NCBI GenBank assembly: GCA_965205015.1
Contig: OZ242029.1
Location: forward strand, 4,896,001 to 4,960,000
Source: Candidatus Poribacteria bacterium
GTDB taxonomy: Bacteria; Poribacteria; WGA-4E; WGA-3G
Length of the DNA stretch: 64,000 nucleotides
Direction: 5' to 3'
The notes under the pieces were generated by a model. The model was not told the DNA's origin. It worked only from the letters and a program-made list of their open reading frames with translations, and ran no database searches. A program made the translations under genes and the position numbers. This document shows, piece by piece, positions 11,227-22,196 of this stretch (the first letter of the stretch is position 1; every line of letters starts with the position of its first letter).

Positions 11227-12558
11227 GTGATTAAGGCAGTTCAAAACGCTTTTAAAATACCCGAATTGCGGAAGCGCATCATTTTTACAGCGTTGCTCTT
11301 GATTGTTTACCGCCTTGGCGCGCACATCACACTTCCGGGTATTGACGACCAAGCACTCGAAGCTTTTTTCCAGCAACTCATGGAGCGTGGTGGGAATGTC
11401 ATTGGATTCATTGACCTGTTCTCCGGTGGCGCGTTTAGTCAGATGACTATTTTCGCGCTCGGCATACAACCGTATATTAGTGCCTCAATCATTATGCAGC
11501 TCCTCGCCGTCATTGTGCCTTCATTGGAGAAACTCTCCAAAGAACCTGACGGGCGGAAGAAAATTACACAGTATACCCGATACGGAACGGTTGTCCTGAG
11601 TATCATTCAGGGGATAACAATTAGCATCGTCCTGCGGAACCCAGAAAACATAACCGGACAAGCAGGCGAAATCGTGAGAAACCCGAACCTCTGGTGGCAT
11701 TTCCTTGTCGTTATCACACTCACCGCCGGTACCTCTTTTGTGATGTGGTTGGGTGAACAAATCACGGAGCGCGGTATTGGACAAGGTATCTCATTAATTA
11801 TTACAGTCGGTATCATTGCGGGATTGCCCGGTGGTGTCACAACCGTTTTCAACAACCTTGTGACGAGACCAGAATTCGGAATTTTGCAACTTGCGCTTTT
11901 AGTCGCTCTTGTGGTTGTAGCGGTTATGGGGACTGTGTTTATCACGCTTTCTGTTCGGAAGATCCCGGTGCAATACGGTAGGCAGATTCGCGGACGAAGA
12001 GTCATTGGTGGGCAATCCACACATCTGCCGCTCCGTGTTAATGCCGCTGGCATGATTCCGATCATCTTCGCCGTGACGCTGATCCAGTTCCCACCGACTG
12101 TGCTCGGCTTTCTCCCACGCGACTGGGGATGGGTAATGGGTGTAGAAACACTGATCGCTCCGGGAACACCGTTGTATCTCACCGTTTACGGCTTATTAAT
12201 TATTGGTTTCACCTATTTCTACACAGCTGTGCAAATCAATCCAATCCAGATGGCAGAGGACTTACAGAAATATGGCGGTTTTATTCCGGGTATACGCGCA
12301 GGTAAACAGACCGCAGATTATATCAACACTACGCTTACACGCATCACACTGCCAGGGGCAGTATTCCTCGCTGCTATTGCTGTGATTCCGATTATTATTA
12401 CAAGCCAACTTCAGGTTGGAAACATGGTCGAAGGTGCTTCTATCTTGATCGTTGTTGGTGTCGTATTAGACACAATGTCACAAATCGAATCCTATTTAAC
12501 GGTCCGCCATTACGAAGGATTCTTGAAAGATCGAAAACTCAAAGGCAGACGGCGTTAA
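11227..12558 (+). CDS. secY: Preprotein translocase subunit SecY
   Basis: [39 protein letters not shown]; multiple TM segments. Confidence 0.98.
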   Translation: MIKAVQNAFKIPELRKRIIFTALLLIVYRLGAHITLPGIDDQALEAFFQQLMERGGNVIGFIDLFSGGAFSQMTIFALGIQPYISASIIMQLLAVIVPSLEKLSKEPDGRKKITQYTRYGTVVLSIIQGITISIVLRNPENITGQAGEIVRNPNLWWHFLVVITLTAGTSFVMWLGEQITERGIGQGISLIITVGIIAGLPGGVTTVFNNLVTRPEFGILQLALLVALVVVAVMGTVFITLSVRKIPVQYGRQIRGRRVIGGQSTHLPLRVNAAGMIPIIFAVTLIQFPPTVLGFLPRDWGWVMGVETLIAPGTPLYLTVYGLLIIGFTYFYTAVQINPIQMAEDLQKYGGFIPGIRAGKQTADYINTTLTRITLPGAVFLAAIAVIPIIITSQLQVGNMVEGASILIVVGVVLDTMSQIESYLTVRHYEGFLKDRKLKGRRR

Positions 12559-12583
12559 GCACTTTTACCTGAAAGAGGACATT

Positions 12584-12700
12584 ATGAAAGTCAGACCTTC
12601 TGTTAAAAAGATGTGTAACCAGTGTAAAATTATTAAACGAAAAGGGATAATCCGCGTCATTTGTCCTTCAAACCCGAAGCACAAACAACGCCAAGGCTAA
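12584..12700 (+). CDS. rpmJ: 50S ribosomal protein L36 (below ORF-track cutoff)
   Basis: Manual translation [38 protein letters not shown]. Confidence 0.97.
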   Translation: MKVRPSVKKMCNQCKIIKRKGIIRVICPSNPKHKQRQG

Positions 12701-12715
12701 AAGAGGAGAAAACCC

Positions 12716-13108
12716 ATGGCAAGGATCGCAGGGGTTGACTTACCCCGGAACAAACGGGTGGATATTGCCTTAACGGCAATCTATGGCATCGGTCGTTACA
12801 CCGCAGTGCAAATTGTCACCGATCTGGATATTGATCCCGGAACAAAAGTTGACAACCTCGCCGAAAATGAGGTCGGTCAACTCCGAGACAAGGTTCAAGA
12901 ATATAAAATTGAAGGGGATTTGCGCCGTGAAGTCGATCAGAATATTAAACGGCTGATGGACATTAACAGTTATCGTGGTCTGCGACACCGTCGGCAGTTG
13001 CCTGTCCGTGGTCAGCGCACGAATACGAACGCGCGCACCCGTAAAGGCAAGGCACGCACCATCTCCGTCGGTAGAAAAGCCAAAGAGGCAGCACGTAAGG
13101 GCGGTTAG
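12716..13108 (+). CDS. rpsM: 30S ribosomal protein S13
   Basis: [32 protein letters not shown]. Confidence 0.98.
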   Translation: MARIAGVDLPRNKRVDIALTAIYGIGRYTAVQIVTDLDIDPGTKVDNLAENEVGQLRDKVQEYKIEGDLRREVDQNIKRLMDINSYRGLRHRRQLPVRGQRTNTNARTRKGKARTISVGRKAKEAARKGG

Positions 13109-13140
13109 GGTTAAGAGCCAATAAAGAAAGGAGAACCATT

Positions 13141-13512
13141 TTGCGTGGAAGAAGACGAGAACGCAAGAACGTTCCTGAAGGTATCGCACATATACAAGCG
13201 ACCTTCAACAACACAATCATTACGATCACAGACTTAAACGGAAACACTGTTGCGTGGGCGAACGCTGGAATGACCTTCACAGGTTCCCGGAAGTCAACCC
13301 CTTTTGCTGCACAACAAACAGCGGAAGCCTGCGCCCGCAGAGCAATGGATCACGGCATGAAACGCGTGGAGGTGAGAGTCAAGGGACCTGGATCCGGAAG
13401 AGAGTCTTCTATACGAGCACTCGCTGCAGCCGGACTCGAAATTACCTTAATGAAGGATGTGACGCCTATCCCCCACAATGGATGTCGTCCGCCGAAGAGG
13501 CGACGGGTTTAA
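13141..13512 (+). CDS. rpsK: 30S ribosomal protein S11
   Basis: [34 protein letters not shown]. Confidence 0.98.
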   Translation: MRGRRRERKNVPEGIAHIQATFNNTIITITDLNGNTVAWANAGMTFTGSRKSTPFAAQQTAEACARRAMDHGMKRVEVRVKGPGSGRESSIRALAAAGLEITLMKDVTPIPHNGCRPPKRRRV

Positions 13513-13588
13513 GTTGACCCGCCACTCGACTCCGATACAAGCCTTAAAAGCGCGAGTTGAGGACCCAATTCACACACAAGGAGAGGGA

Positions 13589-14224
13589 ATGAGTAGATAC
13601 TTAGATTCAGTCTGTAAATTATGCCGACGGGAAGGTGAAAAACTCTTTCTGAAAGGGCGTCGATGCAACGGACCGAAATGTTCTTTTGAGCGCCGCAGTT
13701 ACCCACCTGGCGAACACGGTCAGACCCCGCCACGCAGAAGTCGCGCGGACAATTTCCGACGACAGTTGCGCGCAAAACAGAAAGTCAAACGCACGTACGG
13801 TGTTTTTGAGAAACAATTCCGGAACTATTACTTCAAAGCAGCGCGTCAAACAGGGATCGCTGGTGAGAATCTAATTAGTTTCCTTGAACGCAGGTTAGAC
13901 AATGTCGTTTATCGACTCGGGTTCGCAACTTCCCGAAATCAGGCGCGTCAACTCGTGAAGCACAACCACTTCACAGTCAATGGCAAACGGGTTAATATCC
14001 CCTCATATATCGTGAAAGTTGGCGATGTCATCACGCCTCGCGAGCGGAGCCGGAACCTTGCGACCATCCAAGAGGCATTAGAGTACTCACAGCATCGCGG
14101 CGCACCTGAATGGCTGGAAATTGATACGGACAGAGTAGAAGGGCGTGTTCAAGGAGCTCCTATAGTAGAGCAAATCGCCATCGATCTTGAAACACAACTC
14201 ATCATTGAACTTTACTCCCGATAG
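13589..14224 (+). CDS. rpsD: 30S ribosomal protein S4
   Basis: CKLCRREGEKLFLKG, LERRLDNVVYRLGFA, IIELYSR. Confidence 0.98.
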   Translation: MSRYLDSVCKLCRREGEKLFLKGRRCNGPKCSFERRSYPPGEHGQTPPRRSRADNFRRQLRAKQKVKRTYGVFEKQFRNYYFKAARQTGIAGENLISFLERRLDNVVYRLGFATSRNQARQLVKHNHFTVNGKRVNIPSYIVKVGDVITPRERSRNLATIQEALEYSQHRGAPEWLEIDTDRVEGRVQGAPIVEQIAIDLETQLIIELYSR

Positions 14225-14436
14225 ACACATCCATATACCTGTGGGGTATCGCATACCGAGTGTCTTATTAACATACACACGATGCTATAGCAGACCTACA
14301 TAATAACTATCGGCTATCGGTCTTCGACTTTCGGCTGTTAGTCAAGCATTGTGGCGGTGGAAACGATTTAAGCACTCCACACCCTACTAATGACTGATCG
14401 CTGACGGCTGACCGCTATCCCAATAGGAGGAAATCG

Positions 14437-15456
14437 ATGATAAGGTCCGAGCTGGAAAGACCTGATCGGTTGAAAACTGACACAGCCACCTTACGGCCCA
14501 ATTACGCAAAGTATACCGCTGAACCCCTTGAGCCCGGATTCGGAACAACCCTCGGCATTTCGCTCCGCCGAGTCCTCCTTTCCTCAATTAAAGGTGCGGC
14601 GATTACAGCCGTTCAAATTGAGCAAGTAAAGCATGAATACGCTACGATTCCGGGAGTCGTGGAAGATGTCGTACAGATTATTCTCAACCTCAAAGAGATC
14701 CGGCTAAATATCGCAACCGACAAAGAGATCCGACTCACATTGAAAGCGGAAGGATCCGGCGAAGTTACAGCCGCCGACATTCGTTCCAACTCGCTCGTTG
14801 AGATTATAAACCCTGACCGGCATATCGCGACGCTTTATGAATGCGAAGGATTAGACATAGAAATTCGTGCACAAACAGGCAGAGGCTATTCCCTCGCCGA
14901 AGACCACAGAGAGGTAGGACACGACATCGGATTGATTCCAGTTGACGCGAAATTCTCACCCGTTGAGAAAGTGAACTTCTGGATAGAAGAAACACGCGTC
15001 GAGGATATGACTAATTTTGATAAACTTAACCTCGAAGTCTGGACGGATGCGACCATCACGGCAAAGGAAGCTGTCACACGCGCTGCCAACATTCTGCTGG
15101 AACAGCTTGAAATCTTCACAGAATTCGATGAAACTTACGTTGAACCGGAACCTGAGATTGATGAGGCAAAACTCCGGCGTAAGCGATACCTCGCCAAGCC
15201 TGTCTCTGAACTTGAGCTCTCGGTCCGAGCCAGTAACTGTCTCGAAACGGCAAACATCAAAACCATACGAGAACTCGTCACAAAAGAGGAAAAGGACATG
15301 TTGGAATATAAGAACTTTGGGCGGACATCGCTCAATGAAATTAAGGAGCAACTCGCCAACATGGGACTTTCTCTGGGAATGAAATTGGACGATTTAGACG
15401 ACGCGGATATCAGCGAAGAAGATATGGCGCAAGTACCTTTGCAACCCCCTGTGTAA
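14437..15456 (+). CDS. rpoA: RNA polymerase alpha subunit
   Basis: EPLEPGFGTTLG..LRRVLLSS, ELELSVRASNCL, NFGRTSLNEIK. Confidence 0.98.
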   Translation: MIRSELERPDRLKTDTATLRPNYAKYTAEPLEPGFGTTLGISLRRVLLSSIKGAAITAVQIEQVKHEYATIPGVVEDVVQIILNLKEIRLNIATDKEIRLTLKAEGSGEVTAADIRSNSLVEIINPDRHIATLYECEGLDIEIRAQTGRGYSLAEDHREVGHDIGLIPVDAKFSPVEKVNFWIEETRVEDMTNFDKLNLEVWTDATITAKEAVTRAANILLEQLEIFTEFDETYVEPEPEIDEAKLRRKRYLAKPVSELELSVRASNCLETANIKTIRELVTKEEKDMLEYKNFGRTSLNEIKEQLANMGLSLGMKLDDLDDADISEEDMAQVPLQPPV

Positions 15457-15489
15457 TTCTTCACGACAACGCGTAAATGGAGGAAGACG

Positions 15490-15894
15490 ATGCGTCACAG
15501 AAAACGCGGACGGAAATTGGGACGAACGACAAGCCATCGAAAAGCCCTTTTCCGCAACCAAGCCACGGCGCTATTTGAACACGAACAAATTCGGACGACA
15601 CTCCCAAAGTGTAAAGAACTTCGGCGTGTCGCTGAAAAGTTGATTACGCTCGCCAAACGCGGCGGCTTACCCGCACGCCGACAAGCCGCAAAAATGCTCT
15701 ATGGGACGAATCTGCATTACACACCCAGAAGAGGAGAAGAGATGGGAGACCTCGACAAACACGCTATTCTACGCAAACTGTTCGATGACATCGGACCCCG
15801 GTATCAAGATCGAAGCGGTGGATATACACGCGTCATACGAGGTGAACGCCGAAAAGGTGACGGCGCACAGATGGGGTACATTCAACTGGTTTAA
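15490..15894 (+). CDS. rplQ: 50S ribosomal protein L17
   Basis: MRHRKRGRKLGR, EKLITLAK, RSGGYTRV. Confidence 0.97.
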   Translation: MRHRKRGRKLGRTTSHRKALFRNQATALFEHEQIRTTLPKCKELRRVAEKLITLAKRGGLPARRQAAKMLYGTNLHYTPRRGEEMGDLDKHAILRKLFDDIGPRYQDRSGGYTRVIRGERRKGDGAQMGYIQLV

Positions 15895-16036
15895 TGGTTG
15901 TCAGTTGTCAGTTGTCAGTTGTCAGTTAAGACCTTGTGGTTATTATAGTTCGCTTTGCTGCTACAAGCAACCGCTTTAACCGAAAACTGAAAGGATTTTG
16001 GACGAAGTCCAAAATCCGACTGATCGCTGACAACTC

Positions 16037-17317
16037 TTAGAACCGATATGCAGCTGATACAAACACTCGATGTGTATGCCTCTCTGTGGTCAATTCATTC
16101 CTGCTCCGCTGCCACGTTCCCAACATATATCCCACATCAAATTTCAGCGAATCTCCAAAGATTTTCCCTATACCGCCCGTTAAGAAATCGCGTGCGTTGT
16201 TAACCTCAGCATCGGTGAACGGAATTGTATCCCGAAAATAACCGAAACGGACATAGGTATCGATAGTGGATAGCCTATATTCCAGACCAAGCCGTGCCTG
16301 AAGCGTTATGGCGTAGAACTCCTCAAAATTATCCTGTGAAATGTCCTCCGCTGGCGCCGGATCATAGCGAGTTTGCCTCCAATCCGTGAGTTGGACATCA
16401 CCTGCCAAGACCAAATCATCGTTAAATAATTTGACAGCAATTCCCGTTCCAATTTCAAAGGGTCTGTCAATATCAAACGCTTGCATCCCGCTTTCAGAAT
16501 CCGACAGTTCTTCTCCGTCATCATAAACCGCCTGAGTCGATTGATACCAGCGTTCATCAACCCCCAATTCAACGGGTGTGACCAGGGTTAATCCGACGCT
16601 GACAGCATCCGTCAGATGCGCCAGAAGCCCTATCCGAGCACCCAAACCTGAGTACTCCCTGTCAATTTCGTCATCGTATCTGAAGCGCGACAACTCACTA
16701 TCCACCTTCAACAGATCTGTCGCTGTGGTATCCAACTCATTGAGACTGTTCCCTTGCCAGAAGTCCAACGCCCCCCCAAGAAGCACGCGTTTTGAAATGT
16801 ACACGCTCGTACCGAAACTCCAAATTCCAATGCCACCACTGTTGACATCCGTCTCATCAACAGCCAATCCACTGAATTCAGTGCCTGAACTCGGATCAAC
16901 CCCCTGAATCGCAGTCTGATAGTCGAAATTCTGTGGACGGTTGTAGCCGAAAGCGATTGCCCAACCGCCTCGCCGCGCATGGAATGGATAAACAAACCCG
17001 AGCGAATTCGGACGCATCTGTGAGCGGGTCGTCCCCGTAATCTCATCACCGGAGAAATACGCCTCCGTACTCGCCGTGTTATGGGAAAAACTACTAAACA
17101 GTTCAAACTTTTGGATCTGCGCCATTCCTGCCGGATTCCAATAGAGCGCGGTGAAATCATCCGCAAGTGCAAGCGAGGCACCGCCCATTCCCATCGTCCG
17201 AGCCCCAATACCGAACGTATTTCCGATCGCCATCTCTTCTACTTGCGCTGTGCTGACAGTCGCAAAAACAGTCATACTCAATAAACCGATAAATGTTATA
17301 TACATTGCTGGTTTCAT
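16037..17317 (-). CDS. Outer-membrane beta-barrel, FadL/OmpP1(PorV)-like
   Basis: Signal peptide; GARTMGMGGA...ALYWNPAG hatch motif; C-terminal aromatic YRF. Confidence 0.75.
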   Translation of the reverse strand: MKPAMYITFIGLLSMTVFATVSTAQVEEMAIGNTFGIGARTMGMGGASLALADDFTALYWNPAGMAQIQKFELFSSFSHNTASTEAYFSGDEITGTTRSQMRPNSLGFVYPFHARRGGWAIAFGYNRPQNFDYQTAIQGVDPSSGTEFSGLAVDETDVNSGGIGIWSFGTSVYISKRVLLGGALDFWQGNSLNELDTTATDLLKVDSELSRFRYDDEIDREYSGLGARIGLLAHLTDAVSVGLTLVTPVELGVDERWYQSTQAVYDDGEELSDSESGMQAFDIDRPFEIGTGIAVKLFNDDLVLAGDVQLTDWRQTRYDPAPAEDISQDNFEEFYAITLQARLGLEYRLSTIDTYVRFGYFRDTIPFTDAEVNNARDFLTGGIGKIFGDSLKFDVGYMLGTWQRSRNELTTERHTHRVFVSAAYRF

Positions 17318-17412
17318 CGTTCCATTTCCTCCGTTCTATTTGTAGGAAGGGTTGTAACCCCGGCTTTACCGTTCTTATGGGAAGGGGTTTCTAACCCCGA
17401 CTGACCCCATTT

Positions 17413-18039
17413 CTAATTCTCATTTCTGTTCCTTATGCGTCGCTGCGGTCGTTCCGATCTCGACTTTGGCGATGTCACACTGCGTGAACTCCGAGAACGC
17501 CGATTTTCAAGCCGCAAATCCCTTTTATTGTACGCCCGCCGTGAAAGTGGCACATACCGGCTCCGACCATAATACCGCCGATAGACATTCGTATATGGAT
17601 AGTATCCCCTATAGTAGCGAGAGTAGGGAGAGTAGCCATAAGAATACCCATACCCGTAAAACCAAGGATGTGAATAATACGGAAACCTAACGGGCAAGTA
17701 AAAGCGATATGGATACGGTGCGTAAGGTCCCCAATAGGTATTATAGGACCTGTGTGGATAAACGTACGTTTCACGACGGGTATACTTCCGTCGTCCGTAA
17801 TAGCCTTCCGACTCTTCAGTATCGGTATGCTCTGACGCCAACTCTTCAGCATCGGTATGTTCTGGTTCCAATGCTTCTGATTCTGTTTCAGCGTGCTCTC
17901 CCGGTTCCTCTTTTTCCAAACCCCTATGGTGTTTCCGATCAAAATCCGAAGACGCATAATAACCGAGTTGCGTATAACACCCGGCAAATGCCACCAGTGC
18001 CAAAAGCAACGACAATAAGAAAGTTACCTGCAACTTCAT
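17413..18039 (-). CDS. Lipoprotein with Tyr/Arg-rich low-complexity region
   Basis: Lipobox FAGC then YTQL; AAGGAG upstream of ATG 18039. Confidence 0.7.
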   Translation of the reverse strand: MKLQVTFLLSLLLALVAFAGCYTQLGYYASSDFDRKHHRGLEKEEPGEHAETESEALEPEHTDAEELASEHTDTEESEGYYGRRKYTRRETYVYPHRSYNTYWGPYAPYPYRFYLPVRFPYYSHPWFYGYGYSYGYSPYSRYYRGYYPYTNVYRRYYGRSRYVPLSRRAYNKRDLRLENRRSRSSRSVTSPKSRSERPQRRIRNRNEN

Positions 18040-18220
18040 GTCTCTTTCTCCTTTAGATTTATGCCCAAATTTCGACTTCTGTCGTGTATTAACGAGGAAT
18101 CCTGATGGAAAGTTTACATCTACTGTCGCCGCATGAAACGCCACTCACAGATTTTAAGAAAGTGCTGAATGTGAGGCTTTCCGTAATTGTCTTGAAACCA
18201 CTAAACACCCTCCTGCTTCA

Positions 18221-18249
18221 ATTATACTTCTATCCATAGCGTATGTCAA
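18221..18249 (-). promoter_or_regulatory. Sigma70 promoter for lipoprotein/barrel genes
   Basis: TTGACA-17bp-TATAAT on minus strand. Confidence 0.75.
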
Positions 18250-18344
18250 ACCCGGGTTATCTAATTATCTAATTTTTAGAAACGTCTCTTACATACCAGC
18301 GATTTTTCCTTGCCTCCGTTCGTCCCTCATGCTAAACTAACACT

Positions 18345-19250
18345 ATGAGGGTTTTCATTCAAATCGGACACGGCATCGTCGGTGCTGCTGTTATTTCAGG
18401 TTTATGTATCTGGCAAGCAGGCAGTTTCGGTGAAGCGAGACACACCATCAGCATCATCGGTGCGATCGCCATCGTGATTGCCAGTCTCTACCTCCTGCGA
18501 AGTCGCTGGATTCGATGGGGCAGCCGACAAACGTGGCTCAAATACCATCAACGGCTCGCCGCCTTAGGTTTGTCCCTGGTTCTGCTGCATTCTGCGTTCC
18601 AACCGCTCGTATGGCACTCATGGCTGACGTTCCTACTGGCGTTGTCGAACTTAGGCACGGGTATCGCTGTGAGTCTGACATCTCGCGGGGCGCGCCGAAT
18701 TTTGCTCCGATGCCATCTCATCCTTGCACCCATCCTACTCGTCAGTATCGTGTTCCACGGGCAAAAGAAACTGGAGCACGACGAATTCTTCCCACTTACG
18801 GATGTCCATGATGTGCCTTGCGCAAGATGCCATACTCCCGAACGGCTTTTGTTCCATGTCAGTACAACTTTTCCCCAAGATTTGGACACGTCGGAGACTG
18901 TTCCTGAAGACTTGCACTTTTGGTTCCTACAAAATGACCGCAGGGTCCCCGAAACCTCTCCTGTTGCTATCAAAGAAACAGGAAACGCATGGACAATCAC
19001 AGATAGTAAAAACAATCGTACCTATTACGCGTTGAAGGCAGCAGATCAGATCGCCATTTATGCCGATACCGATTACGGGAGTTACACCTGTCTCAAATGC
19101 CACGTGCATAACACAGAAGAAATTCAGTTAGTGCATGAGCTGCACGGCGTTACCGAAGCCCATAGGTGTCTCGTCTGCCACCAGACTGAAATTGACGGCA
19201 CGCGTTATGGACGACAACGCTTCGATTGGGAATACGCGCCGCACCGGTAA
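18345..19250 (+). CDS. Membrane protein with three CxxCH heme-binding motifs
   Basis: About 5 N-terminal TM helices with His residues; CARCH, CLKCH, CLVCH. Confidence 0.7.
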   Translation: MRVFIQIGHGIVGAAVISGLCIWQAGSFGEARHTISIIGAIAIVIASLYLLRSRWIRWGSRQTWLKYHQRLAALGLSLVLLHSAFQPLVWHSWLTFLLALSNLGTGIAVSLTSRGARRILLRCHLILAPILLVSIVFHGQKKLEHDEFFPLTDVHDVPCARCHTPERLLFHVSTTFPQDLDTSETVPEDLHFWFLQNDRRVPETSPVAIKETGNAWTITDSKNNRTYYALKAADQIAIYADTDYGSYTCLKCHVHNTEEIQLVHELHGVTEAHRCLVCHQTEIDGTRYGRQRFDWEYAPHR

Positions 19251-19278
19251 ATCCACGCAAAAAAACGGCTATCTCTCG

Positions 19279-19307
19279 TTGACATTTTCCCAACTTCCCT
19301 ATATAAT
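19279..19307 (+). promoter_or_regulatory. Sigma70 promoter
   Basis: Perfect TTGACA-17bp-TATAAT upstream of 19328. Confidence 0.75.
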
Positions 19308-19327
19308 GGCAACCGGGAAGTAAAAAT

Positions 19328-21250
19328 ATGCCAAACAGAAACGTCAGTTTTCGAGCTGTCCTACTCGCACTCCTCATCACTATCCCGAACTCCTACTGGC
19401 TCATGATAAACTGGGGTCCCAGCGGTTATGGCACAGGTCAGAGTTTCCCCACCGTCTCCACCGTTTACTTCAACGTCATTTTTGTTGTGCTCATCTTGAT
19501 GGCGGTAAACCCTTTGCTCCGAGCCATCGGGAAAAATGCAAGCCTCACCGATGCCGAGCTGATGGTGGTCTATCTCCTCGTATCCATCGCCTCCTCCATC
19601 GCAGGACACGATACACTCCAGATATTGTGGCCCCTGCTCACCTATCCGATCTGGTTCGCCAGTCCTGAGAATGAATGGGGTGAACTGTTCCATCGGCACA
19701 TGCCCGATTGGCTGACCATCAAAGAACGGAATGTGCTGGCAACCTTCTATCAAGGGGACGACTCACTCCACACCGTCCAACACTTAGAACTCTGGATGCC
19801 CCTCGTGCTCTGGTGGTCTGCCCTTATCATTGTGCTGACGTGTATGATGCTCTGCATCACAATCCTCGTCCGACACCAATGGGTGAATCACGAAAAACTC
19901 AGCTATCCCGTCATTCAGATACCGCTTCACCTGACAGAAAACGGGGGACGTGTTCTCCTGAGCAATCGGCTATTTCTGTTAGGGGCTGTCCTCGCTGGTG
20001 GGATAAACCTCCTTAACGGTCTCCACTTTCTATTCCCCGTCGTGCCGGGATTAGGAGGCAGTCTCTACAATTTAGGACAGTATTTCCAGACGAAACCCCT
20101 GAACGCCATCGGTAGACTGCCGATTGCCGTCTATCCATTCGCTATCGGGATGAGCTTCTTCATTCCGTTGGAGCTCTCGTTCTCTATCTGGTTTTTCTAT
20201 CTGTTCCACAAAATGACGCGTGTCTGGGGTACAATGGCAGGTATCGGACATCTACCGGGATTCCCATTTCTCGATGCACAATCGTTTGGGGCATGGTTCT
20301 GCTTAGGAATCTCCGCGATATGGCTCACCCGAAAGTTTATCGTGCGACAGGTGACAAACGCCTTCCGAGTCGGTAATGGAGAACCAGACACAATGGATAC
20401 ACCTTCAGCACACATCCGATACGCAATCATTGGGTTGATACTCGGCGGTATCTTTATCCTTGTGTTCTTCAAAAGTACAGGTACACCGATTTTCAGCATT
20501 CTCGGCTACTTTACACTCTTCTTCGCGTTAGCCATTGCCATTACCCGTATTCGTGCTGAAGTGGGTCCCCCCGCACACGATGTGCCGTGGAGACCGGATA
20601 AAGTTCTCGTCTCCTTTCTCGGGACGCGTCGGATTGGGGCAGAGGGATTAACCACGTTTAGTATGTTTCACGGCTTTAACCGATCCTATCGCTCCCATCC
20701 GATGCCGATTATGTTGGAAGGATTCAAAGTCGCACAGGTCCGTGGATTGTCGCACAATCGCTTTATTATCGCCATCATCTTGGTAACTATCGTCGGAACG
20801 ATTTCATCGGCGTGGGCATACTATGCACAAGGGTATCACTACGGGGCAGCAGTCTATGGTGAGCAGGCACAATGTCGCTGGACCTATGAGCAGTTGAAGC
20901 AGTGGCTCATCAACCCACAATCCATAGATGTCGGTGCGGTTTCCGCTTCCGGCGGCGCGATTACCTTGACAACGCTCTTAATGATACTACGCCGCCGTTT
21001 TATCTGGTGGCCCTTCCATCCTGCGGGATATGCCTTGTCACTCAGCTTTTGGAATACAAGTTGGTATTGGTTCTCGATCTTTCTGTCGTGGGGGATAAAA
21101 GCGATTCTCTTTCAAACGGGAGGACTCCGCACCTATCGTCGTGCAATGCCGTTTTTTATAGGTTTAGTCATTGGCGAGTTTCTCCTCGGAGCCATCTGGA
21201 CCTTAATCGGTATCGCCTTAGAACGCCCCATGTACCGGTTCATGTTCTGA
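19328..21250 (+). CDS. Large polytopic membrane protein (DUF6785/DUF6784-like, possible OPT-related transporter)
   Basis: 640 aa, many TM segments; W...EKLSYP, RIRAEVG, WWPFHPAGY motifs. Confidence 0.6.
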   Translation: MPNRNVSFRAVLLALLITIPNSYWLMINWGPSGYGTGQSFPTVSTVYFNVIFVVLILMAVNPLLRAIGKNASLTDAELMVVYLLVSIASSIAGHDTLQILWPLLTYPIWFASPENEWGELFHRHMPDWLTIKERNVLATFYQGDDSLHTVQHLELWMPLVLWWSALIIVLTCMMLCITILVRHQWVNHEKLSYPVIQIPLHLTENGGRVLLSNRLFLLGAVLAGGINLLNGLHFLFPVVPGLGGSLYNLGQYFQTKPLNAIGRLPIAVYPFAIGMSFFIPLELSFSIWFFYLFHKMTRVWGTMAGIGHLPGFPFLDAQSFGAWFCLGISAIWLTRKFIVRQVTNAFRVGNGEPDTMDTPSAHIRYAIIGLILGGIFILVFFKSTGTPIFSILGYFTLFFALAIAITRIRAEVGPPAHDVPWRPDKVLVSFLGTRRIGAEGLTTFSMFHGFNRSYRSHPMPIMLEGFKVAQVRGLSHNRFIIAIILVTIVGTISSAWAYYAQGYHYGAAVYGEQAQCRWTYEQLKQWLINPQSIDVGAVSASGGAITLTTLLMILRRRFIWWPFHPAGYALSLSFWNTSWYWFSIFLSWGIKAILFQTGGLRTYRRAMPFFIGLVIGEFLLGAIWTLIGIALERPMYRFMF

Positions 21251-21365
21251 ATAGCAGTCAGCAGTCGGAAACCGTCGGCAGGAAGAATGGTAGGATGGAA
21301 AAGGCTGGAATAGACCGATGTTTTCTGTGATTTCCAATAAGCCGATCACTATTAGAGGATACACA

Positions 21366-22196
21366 ATGAAACTTAGTTGCCTTCCCGTCTCTCTTTACGA
21401 TAACATCTTCACAGAAAAAAGCACCGTCACTGATTGGATTCAGCTCGGTGCAGAATTAGGGCTGGACGCAGTCGATTTCAGTATCAAATTTTTCCCAAAG
21501 CGCGACGCGGAAACGATAAACAACACACGTACCGCCCTCGAAAGGTTCCATATAGAGCCGTGTATGCTCGCCTGTTACTGCGACTTCACACATCCCGATG
21601 CAGCACAACGCTCCCAAGAATTAACCGACCTGAAGGCAGATATCGGACTGGCAAAAGCGTTGGGGGCAAAGTTCATTCGGGTAACAGCCGGACAAAACCA
21701 CCCCGGCACTGAACGCGAAGCAGGCGTACGTTGGGTAACAGACGGATTCCGACGCGCCCTTGACGAAGCGGAAAAGCACGGTATCACGCTCGCTTATGAG
21801 AATCACACCAAAGGCGCGCCTTGGGATTACTGGGACTTCTCACAACCCACAGAGATTTTCTTGGAAATTTTAGACGCGCTTTCGGATACGCCCCTCGGTG
21901 TCTGCTTCGACACCGCAAACCCGCTCGTACTCGGCGAAGATGTCCTCGCACTTCTGGAGAAAGTTATGCAACGGATCGTCGTGCTGCATATCTTCGACCT
22001 GCGGGCAGTTCGGGTGTTTGAACCTGTCCGTGTCGGTACTGGTGCCTCACCAATCCCGCAAATTTTTTCGCGTCTCAGGCAAACAGATTATGACGGTTGG
22101 TTTAGCATCGAGGAAGCCAGTCGTTCAGGGCATGAAGGCTTCACGCGCTCCATCGCGTATGTTCGAGAAACGTGGGAACACGCATTATCCGCGTGA
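21366..22196 (+). CDS. Sugar phosphate isomerase/epimerase (xylose-isomerase-like TIM barrel)
   Basis: LAYENH, CFDTAN, YDGWFSIE motifs. Confidence 0.8.
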   Translation: MKLSCLPVSLYDNIFTEKSTVTDWIQLGAELGLDAVDFSIKFFPKRDAETINNTRTALERFHIEPCMLACYCDFTHPDAAQRSQELTDLKADIGLAKALGAKFIRVTAGQNHPGTEREAGVRWVTDGFRRALDEAEKHGITLAYENHTKGAPWDYWDFSQPTEIFLEILDALSDTPLGVCFDTANPLVLGEDVLALLEKVMQRIVVLHIFDLRAVRVFEPVRVGTGASPIPQIFSRLRQTDYDGWFSIEEASRSGHEGFTRSIAYVRETWEHALSA

